64,000 nt of DNA from Chrysomallon squamiferum (GCA_012295275.1 CM022668.1:11098001-11162000); one strand, 5' to 3'. Counted from the stretch's first letter, positions 1-14,417 are shown. A program made the numbers and translations. The notes: generated from the sequence alone by a model not told the origin.

Positions 1-778
1 AACTTAGCTTAGTTATTTTACTCTAAATTACTTACTAAAAAGTAAACAAATGTTGTCGTCACTGTTCTTGGTATATTACATTTTTTTATTTTTGTTAAGA
101 ATATTTGTTCTGTATATAGCCATATCTGAAATATGGGTAATGCAGTGTATAAAGAGCCTGTGTGAGATCTCAAGTAAAACACATACGCTCTTGAACTAAT
201 TTCTGTATTGTTTTCGTGTAATATTTTTCGTGTAATTCATGGACAGTGTTCGGTATTTGGCCTGAAGAAACATTGTTTTAAAATCAAAAACAAAATGTGC
301 AGCTATGTAATAAAATTTCTTCTATAGCCATTTTTGTTATTTTCGTTAAGAAAATTTGATCGAAATGTTTACTGTTAACTGAAAAACACAGATGGCCAAA
401 ATTCTGCAAGGCAACCACTCCGAAACTTAAGTCATAACAGTAACCAGAATCTGTTCATATGCAAACTCCGTATAGCTTCATACACTCAGAACCTCTGTAT
501 GACGTCATTACTACGTTATGCGTATCCATATTCTTAGTAATAACAACGATAATGTAGTTGCATTACGTGATAAATACATAATAATGGTAAACATAATATA
601 AAATACTAAAATATAAATAAATTACAGCATGCACTGCGAGAACACCTACTCAGTCGTTCTAGAAATCTGATTCGATCAGAGACAAGAGTCGTCCCCCTTG
701 TGTAAGACTCCATAAAACTGGCGACTGATAAAACTGTTTTGTAAAGTGCCAATTCACCTAGACTGTATCGATCTTATT

Positions 779-828
<50 letters not shown>

Positions 829-842
829 ATTATCTATCTATC

Positions 843-873
<31 letters not shown>

Positions 874-1089
874 GTCTATATATATATATATATATATATA
901 TAGAATATAGATTTTGATTTCTATCTGAAAATAACAATAACAACAACAACAATAAATACAATAACAATAAAATAGTAGCAAGGGCCTCCTGTTAGGAAAG
1001 ATGGGGGAAAAAAAGAAAAGAAAAAAAGAAAAAGAAAAGTAAAAACAAAATAATTAAAAAAAAAGATATATAAGATAAAGGTACAAGTG

Positions 1090-2030
1090 GACCAAGTCTT
1101 ATCTCATAACCGAAAGGCAGATGGCTAACATAGCATGAAAGTTATGTTGCGCCTTGCAGTATCCCCTGTTCAATTTCACATATAAAGATCTGCACAACAG
1201 TCGAACCCGTCATCCCTGGCGACGAACATAGCAAACCAAAAAATCGAGATCTGACACTACCTATGATTGATGAAAAGTCCCCATAGACATCATGGCACAA
1301 GCATATACTAATGGATCAGCGACAAATGCAGTGTAAAACGGAATATACATCATAGACACTAGTGGCTACCGAGAGGTGGCACATCTTCGTGTAGAGAGAA
1401 CTATTGCACAGAGTATGCTGCAGATGTTGAGACTTTCATTTACGCTGCCAACGTCGTCAGATCCAGGGAGAATTGCTCACACATGTCATCGTTGTCATCC
1501 AGGCTGTTGAAAACAAAAGCTAGACAGACTTTCAAAACGGCTGCACCTATCAGTAGTTTGAACTAAGTCGTGTTACAATAAAGCCGACCTCACAGTGGTA
1601 TAGCTGGAAATGAGAATGAAGACAGACCTGCAAAACCAGTTGCAGGTAATGAACAGCAGGATAACTGTGTGGCAGATGGACAGAAGATATCCCCTGTTCA
1701 TTTTCCCTGTAGACCTGGCAAACACACCGATGACTAGCACATGCTATCCCGTCGTTAACAAGTCAACTATTTTCCAAATAAACACAACAGGCTCAACCAA
1801 CATGTGCAAAAGAGGATCCAGCTGATATCCTCTTCCGTGTGCCCTAGCTGATATCCAGAATAAGCGATTGTGCATGTCATCCGAAACTGCATAAACCTAC
1901 AGCAGCTAAGGGAGACTTCTGGGTAACTACAACAACTCTCCATTAGAAGTAGTATGGTACAAGAACGGATCTACACAATACAGTACAGTATCGTTCGTAT
2001 AATTAGCTTGCCTTTTGGTGCAGCAAACAG
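1090..2030 (+). mobile_element. RNase H-type LINE 3' fragment, antisense to copy D 3' end
   Basis: GGAAATGAGAATGAAGACAGACCTGCAAAA (GNENEDRPAK), ..CAAGTCAACTATTTTCC.., CCGTGTG, TATGGTACAAGAACGGATCTACA; homologous to 22545-23200. Boundaries approximate. Confidence 0.65.
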
Positions 2031-2486
2031 CGAAGGAAAGAAAAGATCAAATTGAAGTATGCATGTGTCTGATTACCTTTGTAGGGAAAAAAGAATTGTA
2101 ATGGAAGAACAGACTGAAATAAAGTCAAAACAAACGGAAAAAAATAATTACAAGAATGAAACAAAAACGAAGATTAAGTATTATATTTATTTTTATTTTT
2201 AAGATATTAAACCGATTTTCTCTTGTTTCAGCAGAAAAGTAAAATGTTTCTGAGTTGGCCACATCTGAAATAACAAAAGAGTGACTAAGGTGACATCAGT
2301 AAAATACGGATAAAGATATGTTTTCAAAGCAGTAACATTTTATAATTTCAGTTGTTAGTCAATAAAATTATTATGTGATAAAAATTAAAATTGATAATAA
2401 CCTAATTATCTTATAAATATTTTTCCTATGATATATGTTGTGTACATAATATAATAATTTTGTATTTTATGTAAAATAATAAATAC

Positions 2487-2645
2487 CTGAAAAAGTAAGT
2501 TTTTTACTTCGCTCAACAACAGAGATGTTGACATTTATTGTTCTGACGTTGATCACAAAACATGTAAGGGCTCTAAAGAAGCATGTCTGTACAAATGTTC
2601 ACTCAAATGCTCGTTTCTGTTTAGACATGGTCCTTTAACTAAGAA

Positions 2646-2696
<51 letters not shown>

Positions 2697-5600
2697 TCAG
2701 TTAAAGTAAAAAGATATTTTTATCACTGTTAGCACAAAGAGATGATTATTACAACCTGTGTGATCCTATTGTTTTTGCTAGTTTTTGTTGCTATCTCGTC
2801 GTTATGTATATGTCAGAGTACCAGCTGACTTCAAGCATGCTAAATATCTTATTTTTATACAATATAATTTTGTAATGATTTAGACATAAACGGAGACACA
2901 CACACATGAACATACCTAGGTGACACATGTCGCAGGTTTTTCTACAACCACAATGAAGGATCAGCTACACATTTATCTCTTATTATTTCTTTCACGTAAC
3001 CTTGAACTTGTTCTTCACAGCCTGTTAATGAAACGAAACATTAAATAACAATACGTATAACACAGTGTCATGTTATCTTTTTCATAAGTAACATGTAAAA
3101 AGTGTTTGAAAGTATTAGTAATAAACGTTTAATAGCTGCATTAGTGTCAAAAATCACAAAACTCACAATTTTTAAAATTTGTTACTGTTTCTACATTTTA
3201 AATTCTTCTGATTGTAGTAAGTCGCTTGAACTCTGTGAGTCCTTGAAATCAAATGCTCGGAAAAGGAAGCATTGTCTGGGAGAAAAATTGGATGAGATCA
3301 TAAACTGTAATAAAACAAAAATTAAACAGTATGTAATAGGGTATATTCCACTTCAGACTCTTTTACATAATCATAATAATGTGAACTCACCTTATTTTTT
3401 ACACTTATTCTTTTCTTTCTCCTGTTTTAACATTATTGGTGATATGGAGATCAAATATTTATTTGTGATAAAACTTGATATTTCAAACACACGTCATGTC
3501 GACACAATCACCACTTTGAACTACACAGCGTTTGCCTATGTTCTCATTCACAACTTTTCAATGACTCAGGTTTTGAGATGCACTTCTATGCCTTTTCTTT
3601 GGTACAAATGACAGGTTGCATTTTCTTTATCTCAACTACTACTACCCTTCGCAGCAGACATTTATAATAATATAATAAGCATGTACTTCTGCATTTGGGC
3701 ACTAATACACATCTTATACAGCAAAAATAAAACCATGAACTCCAAAACACGTTAGCTTTTCTAACAGGTTAGCTGATTCTTACTTTGCTCACAATTTTCT
3801 CCATAGTAATTTTTTGGGCAAGTACAACTACAAGTTATGGTATTCAACGAACCTCCATTTTCACATCGTTGTTCACAATCACCTGTCATATACAATATAA
3901 TTTATTTATTTATTTATTTTTGTATTTATTTATTTATTTGTTTGTTTATTATTATTCAAAGGGCAAAGAACATGCCTGATAGAGTGAGAAGAAGATTCGG
4001 AAATAATCTACTGGGAAGACTATTAAACACCAAACACTGCCTCCCGAATAAATATTTTTTTCTTTGATGTTACCATTTTGTTTTTCATACAGATTTTTAT
4101 GATTATTATTTTTATTATCATCATCATCACCACCACCATCATCATTATATTTTTCCCCACAGGTAATGGCAACGAATCCATGCTGATAATAATATCTGAC
4201 ATTCAGCAAGTAAACATGTGAATCAGATAAACTAAGTATGACGTAAATCCTTAAGTGAGTCATTTGTGATAAAACTAAACTCAAACATTGCGGTTAAAGA
4301 ACACTGGATATTTGCAAAATTTACTCATTCTGAAATATTCTTTTTCTAACTATGTTAATGTTTTTCTAAATGATTCAAAAGCTGATCGGCTTACTTTGTT
4401 ATTAATAAAGACTAAATGCAAAACCTAATTAAATAAAATTCAATTATAAAATATTCAGCAAATGTCTAGTTGAAAATACACTTCAATCAAATATATTGCT
4501 CTAATCTAGAATTGATGGGTTTTGTTTTAGTTTCGTATATATATTTTTGTTTTCACGTTAGAAAAGAAAACAAAAACTCAGCTAGTTACTCAAATACACA
4601 TACAACATGATTTTCCTCCTCACTTTCCAGCACAGGAACCGTTACAGTTACTTCTTGTGAACGTGCCGCCGTGAAAACAGTTCGCAATACACGTCAATGA
4701 ATTCAAATAAATAAATACATTATAATTATTATTTCAATGATTTATAGCAGATATACTACATGATTTTACTTCCCAGTTGTTCATGCAAGAATAGGTACAA
4801 TAATTATCATTCAACGTGCATCCTCTGAATCTATTTATTTATTTGACGTTTTACACTGTTATCAGTTATCATTCATTCAAATATGTTACCAGATAAGAAT
4901 TAACTTACCACAAAGAGTGTCTTCCCAGTTATTCAAACAAGAACAAGTACAGTCATCAAAGTTTACAGTGGCGTTGTTTTCACATGGTAATCCACATGTA
5001 CCTGTGACAGATTATACAAACTGTTTAAAGAAAACAAAAATATTTTCCTCAGAAAAAATAGTTATTTGTGTTCGTTGCCTAGAGAGAGAAAATATTCTTA
5101 TTTTATTTTTAAAATATCAAAAAAAAAAAGAAAAGAAAAAAAAAAAGAAGAAAGATTTATTAAAAGAAACAGAACGATTGTTAAAAAATAGTCGGTGACA
5201 GATTAAGAAGAAAGAAAGACACAAAAGATAAAAACAGTTATGCAAATCTTTTTAATTACGCTTCAGATAAATGTTTGTAATCATATATAAAATCTTCTAT
5301 GTCCAGTTCTCTCATGTGATTAATATGTCAAGCATTACATGTTAGAAAAACAAACAAATACATATTGTTAGTATATTTTATAATTCATGTAGTAGTTTTT
5401 AAACTTCTGCTGCTTAAAGAACAAATCATCAGACGACATAAATTAGCATTTAGTCTTGAAGGAATATTTTAAAAACACATTTTCTTACAGTCATCACAAA
5501 CTTTTACAAACATTACTGAGCCATGGCTACAGCTGAAAGGGTAAAAGGAAGAATACAAGTAACACCAGCCGCAATAATATTCTACAGCAGTACAAGGTTT

Positions 5601-5728
5601 GTTATTGTATCCATTTTGTGTTCACACAACGTTCTACAACCTTCAGGTGTATAGACACCTCCAATTTCTAGAAAAAGGCCATCTCCAAATATGTAATGGA
5701 ACAACAATGTGTTCACAACCAGGTATAG
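2487..5728 (-). pseudogene. Copy D: divergent-subfamily pseudogene
   Basis: PAN 5728-5489 (acceptor GG, +1/-1 frameshifts with a TGA between), EGF 5001-4909, truncated EGF 4824-4757, EGF 4696-4604 (acceptor lost, TGG>TGA), EGF 3882-3784 intact (GDCEQRCENGGSLNTITCSCTCPKNYYGENCEQ), ShK1 3021-2916 (GCEEQVQGYVKEIIRDKCVADPSLW..CRKTCDMCHL, 5-nt deletion), ShK2 2638-2487. The signal exon is deleted. Confidence 0.8.
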
Positions 5729-5774
5729 CCGAAAACATGCAGAGTATAAAAACAACCAAACAATAACAAAGAGA

Positions 5775-5821
<47 letters not shown>

Positions 5822-5998
5822 GTAATCTTTCTGCTGTTTTCAAACAACTTACGAAAGTTGAAATATGATTGGTTGTTCATATTTCTAATTTATACACACA
5901 GCGACACATATCTCGATATTAATATGGATATATGTTTGTATACATATATGTATGCATTAAAATATATGTATATGCATGTATGTATGTATTTATGTATG

Positions 5999-6144
<146 letters not shown>

Positions 6145-6287
6145 TAACTATCTATGTGTGTGTATGTGTGTATGCATGTATGTATAGACGTATGTATGAA
6201 GAATGCATTTAAATTTTACTCTTCTTAGGTATATTTATGTATGAATGGATTGATGGAATAATGCATGGATGTATATATGTGTAGTGA

Positions 6288-6346
<59 letters not shown>

Positions 6347-6789
6347 GTTTAAATTATAATTTTTTCGTATTTTGTCTTTCTCTTTTCCTCCTTGTTTACT
6401 TGTTATTTATTTATTTATTTTGTTTTTGTATTGCTACTACTGCTACTACTACTACTACTAATATTAATAATAATATTATATTGTGTTTGCTCTGATTAAT
6501 TTATTTATTAAAATAGATAATTTTAAAACGACAGATTTAATACAAGGCTCAGCTACTGACGCATCTGCTCTACGTATCAATTATCGTAGAGGAAAAGATA
6601 AAATTTATTCTGAAAGTGTTTAAAATTAATTTCATATCCATTGATCGTTATTTCAGAAAGTCAGTGAACCAATGTCTACAGCTGTTCTGTCACACTGAGT
6701 TTAACAGACAATGAAAAGACACGAGTAATGTATTTATTAAATATATACATATTATATTTAGTAGTTCTCTCGTATAAGTAATGATAAAA

Positions 6790-6857
<68 letters not shown>

Positions 6858-6971
6858 GAATAATAATATAGTAAGAGTAATAAATGTTGAAATAATGTTT
6901 TCTTTTTTCTTATTTTTTTCATTTTTCCTTTCCTTCTTTTATTATTATTTTTTTTTTTTTTTTTTTTCGTT

Positions 6972-7004
<33 letters not shown>

Positions 7005-10000
7005 TATTAATGTTAAATCTCAGCTACTAACGTATCTGTTCTACATATCAATTAACTTAAAAGAAAAGATAACTTTCGTCTGAAATATTTTAAAATTATT
7101 GATTTTCATTTTAAAAAGTGAGTGAACCAACGAGTACAGCTGTTCCATCAAGCTCAGTTTATCACACGATGAAAAAACACGTGTTTGTGTCCTGTGATTG
7201 TAAATCAAATAATACTTTCTCTTTCCTTTGATTAATTTATTTATTAAAATGTTGTCTTTTTTTTTTTTTTTTTTTTTTGAATAAGACACTGTTATAAAAT
7301 AATAATAATGATAATAATAATAATAATAATAATAATAATTTATTTTATTTTTGTTCAGCTTAGCTTTCTTTTTCCATTAGTTTTTTCCTTTGTAGACATA
7401 TATGTTTGGCGTCATTATTGATGTTGTCGCAGTGTTGTTGTCTTTCTACTTTGATTACTTTTTTAAAACAAATGTTTACGTTCGTTCACAAAATGTAGTA
7501 TTACCTTCAGTATCACTTAAAACACTAAGATTAACTAAATGTGCGGTACTGCAGTGTTTCTCAGAACAGAATCAAAATTATTAAACTAATAAATCACATG
7601 GATGAACTATATGCTAAGTAAATGGTAACTATTATTATTGAATGCAACATAAATAACACTATTTAAACATAATACTACATAGTAATAATAACTTTTATTT
7701 CTACTTTTTCATTTTTATTTTTATTTTTTCAGAAACACGTCATTACTATTAGTATAAAATTGTGCTACAACAACTGCTACCACTACTATAATTTTCTATT
7801 TTGTCTGATTAATTTGTTTACTAAAATGAATATTTTCACTAGTAGAGATTTAATGTCAAATCTTCAGAAAATGACAGAGATAATTTCACCTTTGTTCATT
7901 TCAATCCTGAAAATCAAGTTCAGCACAGAGAACATCTGTTCTATCACACTGAGTTTCAACTCTGATAACACAGTAATTTTCTTTAACCACGAACTTTGAA
8001 CATATATTCTACTGAGATAAACGAAAGCCAGCTGTTAATATAAACTGAGTTTAACAATATTTTTGTATGTTTTGGTTTTCTTCAGTGATGGTAATTGCTT
8101 TTAGAAACTAGTGATCTGCTGAAAGCGGTGAGAATGAAATTGGAAAATAAATTAAACACTGCGCACAGCTGTTCTGTCACCTTTAGTTTAAACTCTGATA
8201 AGAGATTGATTTTCTTTAGACACGAAAATTGAACATTTATTTATTCTATTAACATAAACTGATTTTCACAATATTTATTTCATCTCATTGTTTTTTTGTT
8301 AGGAATTAATTGGTTTTAGTAACTAGAGGTATGCTTGATCCAATGAGGCTGACGTTTGATGATAGACAGGATGTTAGGAGATCGTAATCTGAAAATGGAG
8401 TTGGTTGTTGGATTACAGTGTGAGCGAATGAGTGTCCTGTGTTCGAATCTCGTCAGCGGCATCTCAATGAGTTTGTTACCTGTCTGATTGGACTTTGTTC
8501 TGCTGCGCCACTGTGTTCACGAGATATTCAAATCATATAATAGATCTATACAGACATACACAGAGACAAACACACACATATACGTTCTTTCATAAAATAT
8601 CATACATACATACATACATATATTATATACACACGCTTTTATAAATACATACATACACAGATGCATACACAAATATGTACATTCAAACACACAAATCATT
8701 TCTCATCAATACCCAAAAACATACAAACAAAAATTACGCTAATAAGGTTTCAAGGTCAGATGAATATTTAATTAGCTTTATTCTGTGCAAACGACTCAGG
8801 AGAAAATTTCTTGGGTGACCGTTTCGTCTTCCATCCTGTCACTTTCAGGCAATCTAGATATTTTGATACAGATACTCTGATTGACAGTTGCTGATAGATT
8901 TTGAACAGAACTGTTATTAAAGTATACAAGAGAGAAGATTTCAAATTTATGGACTCTAAAATCATGGACACTGATCATAAATAAAATATTAATAAAATCA
9001 ATTAACATTGTTTATGTCAATAAAAGAAATCCTTAATTCTATTATCTCTGTGGAAAGCAATCTGCATACTGTGATATCTGTTAACACACACTGCTGATTT
9101 TATTTATTCCGTCTTTTCATGACAGAAGTTTAAAATCAAATGGCACTTGAAGCAAATAAAATCAGCGTACAGAAACGTTTTTTTTTTCTATTTTGATATC
9201 AACTGTAAATTAATTTGTTAGTTGTAACAGATGCTCTTTAGAACGCCATCATTAAAATGTTTCATACGTGGTCATAGTTAATACTCAATCTATTCTACAT
9301 CTGATAGGATCAAACTAGTAACGGTTAGGGTTAGCATTAGGGTTAGATTTAAGTGTCAAGAGAATTTTGGTATTAAATCTGATAAATATTATTTTTTAAT
9401 AGATAAATTATTTCGTTTTTGCTTTTTTTCTAATACATCCGAGGTAAATTCTTATATCATATGTTTTGAATTATAATTTTCAGTAAATAAATACTTCAAC
9501 AGAGAAACACATAAATTTCAGAAACAATACGAACTATATCTACAGTAAATAACACTTATTTAAATTTCAGTATGGATTCTCGATATAACATTGTTACTAC
9601 GTCGTGAATATCAATACGTTTACATAACTATAAAATTGTGCTACAACTACTACTACATTTTTGTTTAAATATTATTATGCTAATTACGTTGCTCTCTCTC
9701 TCTCTTATTGTCTCGCCGTTTTCTGTGAGTGTATGTGTGGTGTGTAGGTTATTTATAACTGTTAATAATTTTAATTATAAATTACTCTGAATATATTTGT
9801 CAACGACAGAGTGGGAATGGTGGAACTATAAATGCTTTATCTTGTACACGTCTTTTCCAACAAAGCTACGTATGTAAGGTCTGTGAACTGACTAAACATC
9901 AGTAACATTATTTCTTAACTAATATAAGTTTAGTACATCTTATTATATTAAACACGCAGACACATACATATATACATACAATGTACAAAATTACTCTGAC

Positions 10001-10086
10001 ATTCTTATAAATCAGACTCAAAAGAAACAGCTTTCGCAAATTGAGAAAATCACATCTTAGGCACATAAGAATAACTGCCTCGTAAA

Positions 10087-10430
10087 ATGTATCAAGTTAG
10101 CAAAACTGGACAATGTAAAGATCTTCACAATAGTCTAACACGTCAACTCTGGAGAGTAATTTCTCATATGCCGTATCAGATGCTCTCCTTCTCCTCCAGG
10201 CTCAAGAAAACAAAAAGCAAGACAGACTTCCAGAACATCAACATCCCTTTCGGAATTCCCTGCGGAACAACAGAACAAGCGACTGTGCATATTATACAAA
10301 ATTGCATAAACCAACAACAGCTAAAGGAGACTACCTGGATAACTACAACAACTCTCCGTTACAAGCAGTATGGCACAAGAACTGATCTACAGACTACAGT
10401 ACCTTTCGCCACTGGCCTTCATGTGTAGCA
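10087..10430 (+). mobile_element. LINE 3' tail fragment (duplicate at ~31590-31910)
   Basis: PCGTTEQATVHIIQNC..ETTWITTTTLRYKQYGTRTDLQTTVPFATGLHV*: Cys/His motif and C-terminus of the same element family. Confidence 0.65.
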
Positions 10431-12314
10431 AAAAGGGAACGAAAAAAGAAGAAAAAATCAAATGGAAGTATATATGTATCTGATTATCACTATAGTAAAA
10501 AAAATGCAAACAATGAACAGACTGAAATACAGTCAAAACAAACGAAAAAATAATAAGAACTATGAAACCAAAACGAAGATCGAATATTATATTTATTTTT
10601 ATTTTTAAGATATTGCCCCGATTAACGATTTTCAGTTGCTTCAGCAGAAATGTAAAACATTTCTGAGATGGCCACATCTGAAACAACAACACAGTGAAAA
10701 ATGTGACATCAGTAAAATAGAGAGAAAAAAAAGTATTTCAAACCAAGAGAATGTTATATTTTCAGTTGTTAATGAAAAAAATTAACACGTCCTAAAAATT
10801 AAATTTGATAAAAATGTAGTTATCTTATAAATATTTTCTCCTATGATATATGTTGTGTAAATAATATATTAATTTTATATTTTATGTAAAATAATAAATA
10901 CCTGATAATAAGTCAGTATTTTAATAGTAATAAAAGTTTAAATAATGTTTTCGTTTTTCTTATTTTTTTCACTTTTCTTTTCACCTTTTTTATTATTATT
11001 TCTGTTTTATTTTATTTTTCGTTTAATTTTTTTTTTATTATTGCCATTAATACTTTTGAGTAGGAGAGAAGTGATTACTACTTTTACTACTACTGCAACT
11101 ACTACTTTCTATTTTATTTCATTAATTTATTTATTAAAATAACTATTTTTGAAACGACAGATTTAATGTCAAATCTCAACTACTGACGTACCTGTTCTAA
11201 ATATCAATTAACTTAAAAGAAAAGAGAACATTTTCCTCTGAAAGATTTTAAAATTATTTTCGTATTCATTCATTTTTATTTTAAAAAGTCAGTAAATCCC
11301 TTTGTATAGCTGTTTTGTCACGCTGAGTTTATCAGACAATAAAAAAAAGATACGTGTTTGTGTTATGTGATTGTAATACAAATAATACTTTCTCCTTCCG
11401 CTGATTAATTTATCTATTAATTTTTTTTTTTTTTTTTTTTACAGTAGGACACTTTTATAAATTAAAAATAGTAATAATAATAATAATTTATTTTATATTG
11501 GTTTAGTTTAGTTTTTCCTTTAGTTTTTTTCCTTTGTAGACGTATATGTTTGTTTCGTTCGTATACGTGAGTTTTCGCGTAATTATTGATGTTGTTGCTG
11601 TGTTTTTGTTTTTCTATTTTGATTACTTTTTAAAAGAAATGATTACGTTCGTTCACATGTGTACTATTACCTTCATTATCACTTAAAACACTAAGATTAA
11701 CTAGCAACAATTAGTTTATTCGTTTTATTATTCGTTAGTAATATATATTTGATGTTACGTATACACACATACATATTTAGATGCATACATACATAGATAC
11801 ATATCTACATACATACATATATACATACATACATACTTACATACATGCATAGATACATACATACATATGTATGCTTTATGTTGTTTCGTTGTTTTATTCA
11901 GAATTTAGTAACAATTAATTTATTTCTTTTATTGTGTTATTTAAACAGCCGTAGATATATTGTGTTTTGTCTTATTGTTTTATTAAAACGTGAGTACTAT
12001 TTGGTTAGGTTTATTTGAAAAGAATAGAACTACGTTCATGTCTATTTTTGATTTTTTTAGGACTAAAGTTTCTTTTACTTGTTTTATCGTTTATATTTAA
12101 ACTTTCAGAACACTCTTTATACTAAAAAGGAAGTGGGATTATTTGTATTTGCTTTTAAACATTAATAAGACTTGGTTTATCTATGTTACTGTTGTTATTT
12201 AGTTAGTGTTTGTTTATTTGATATATCTTAATTTTTATTATTATTATTATTATTATTTTTTTTTAAGAGAGGGAACTTTTAAACGTTAATGATTTGAATT
12301 ACATTTTACATACA

Positions 12315-12420
12315 TGATGTTTATGAACAACAGTGTGTGAATGGTGGAACCATAAATGCATTATTTTATACATGTATTTGGCAACCACGTTGGAAAGAAC
12401 TATGAAGAGAGGACATACCA
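12315..12420 (+). pseudogene. Decayed EGF-like exon (duplicate at ~34862-34965; related relic at ~9795-9860)
   Basis: DVYEQQCVNGGTINALFYTCIWQPRWKEL*: EGF pattern with Cys>Tyr/Trp changes and a stop. Confidence 0.55.
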
Positions 12421-13000
12421 GTAATATTATTTCTTAATACATTTAAGTTTAACGGTTTTTATGCTATTAAAAACACAGACAAATACATATATACACACAA
12501 TATACTCATCAAAATGAAGTGCAAGACACAAGAAGGTATAAGTTCATGTACGTATTTAACTATCACACTTAGAACGAAACATACTCTTCATACAGTGTTG
12601 TTTGTTTGTATGTGTGTTAAACAACACGACACAATGATTAAAACTGGATGTTGTCTATGATTTAAACGCATATTACACATACGAATGCAGAACTTTGGTC
12701 ATTTTAAATATTTTTTCTGTCATGGAACTAAAAAACAACTTTTTTTTTCATACAAACTTTTGGTTATAGCAGGGACAGCCAGAATGCACTCCACCCGTTT
12801 CCAAGCCAAGCCTCACCGCTTTCAGTATATCTCTAGTTTCTGAAAACAATCACCATCACTGACGAATACAACAACACAGCAACAACAACAATAATGATTC
12901 ACACCATGGAAAGTGTACTGTTGTTCTTTGTTGTGATTGTTGTAGTTGTTGTAGTTGTTCTTATTATAATTATTATTAATTCTACTGCTTCTACTACTAC

Positions 13001-13031
<31 letters not shown>

Positions 13032-13594
13032 TATTTATTTATTAATTACTTAATTAATTAATTATTATATGACCCCACTGAAAATAATGTTTATAGTAAA
13101 TAAATTAATCAGACGAAATAGAAAGTATTATTGTTTGCTCTTTCTATGTATTACTGATATTAGAATCACAGGGCACAAATGTGTGTCTTTTCATCGTCAG
13201 TTAAACTCAGCATGACAGAACAGCTGTACGCATTGGTTCACTGGCTTTTTTAAATGAAAATCAATCTATATGAAATTAATCTCAAAGTCTGTCACAGTAA
13301 AATTTGATCCCATTCTTCTATGTTAATTGATACGTAGAACAGAGCCATCAGTAGCTGAGATTTGCATTAAATCTCTTTTTAAAAATAGCTCTTTTAATAA
13401 GTAAATTAATCATTTAAAATAGAGAGTAGTAGTAGTAGTAGTAATTTCGCTCTCAAAACAAAAAAATTAAAAGAAAATAAGTACATTAATAATAAAACAA
13501 TAGAAAAGGGAAAAAAACGAAAAAAAAAAAAAAAAAAAGATAAATTCATTAAACTTCATTATTATTATTATTAATATTATAATTATTATTATTA

Positions 13595-13628
<34 letters not shown>

Positions 13629-13927
13629 CATTATTTTTATTATTATTACTATGTTATCATTATTATTGTTATTGCTACTGCTATTGTTATTATTATTGTT
13701 ATTGTTATTGTTATTGTTATTATTATTATTATTATTATTATAGTTATTACACCTTTTATATACATCCATCCCTTCATTCATAAATATATGTAAGAACAAG
13801 AACATTTGAATGCATTCTTACATACGTTTATACACACATACAAATACATGTACAGACATATACAAACAGAAACGTACATACAATACACATATATACATAC
13901 ATGCATATATATGTATTTATATATCTA

Positions 13928-14043
<116 letters not shown>

Positions 14044-14265
14044 CGCGTGTATATATATTAATACATACACACCTGGATGAAAACGCAGATCCATATTAAT
14101 ATCTAGGTAAGTTTCTCTGTGCATTTAAATTGGAAACTTGAACAACCAGTCATATTTCAGTTTTCATAAGCTCCTTGAAAATAGGCAGAAACAAATTGTT
14201 TGATTGACATTTCAAATCTCCTTAAATAACGCAGTCTGATGTTAACGATTTTATTTACAATAACC

Positions 14266-14350
14266 ATGAATCAGAAGGACATTGTATTACAAATTGTCTT
14301 GGTGGGATGTTTACTTCTGGTGTCGTCTGCGACGGAAAGAGTCTCCAGCA
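14266..14350 (+). CDS. Copy A exon 1, signal peptide
   Basis: ACCATG start, MNQKDIVLQIVLVGCLLLVSSATERVSS, donor A|GTAAG; conserved at 36759 and 53839. Confidence 0.88.
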
Positions 14351-14417
14351 GTAAGATTTCGTTTTCCTTTTATTTCTATTTAAACAACAGAAAGATTAGT
14401 TGCTGTTTTGTGTTTTG

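Noticed and set aside
3102-3611. Longest ORF in the track (169 aa, +; mirror at 46872-47291 -)
   Set aside because: Non-ATG start, no recognisable motif, and antisense to decayed exons of copy D/E.
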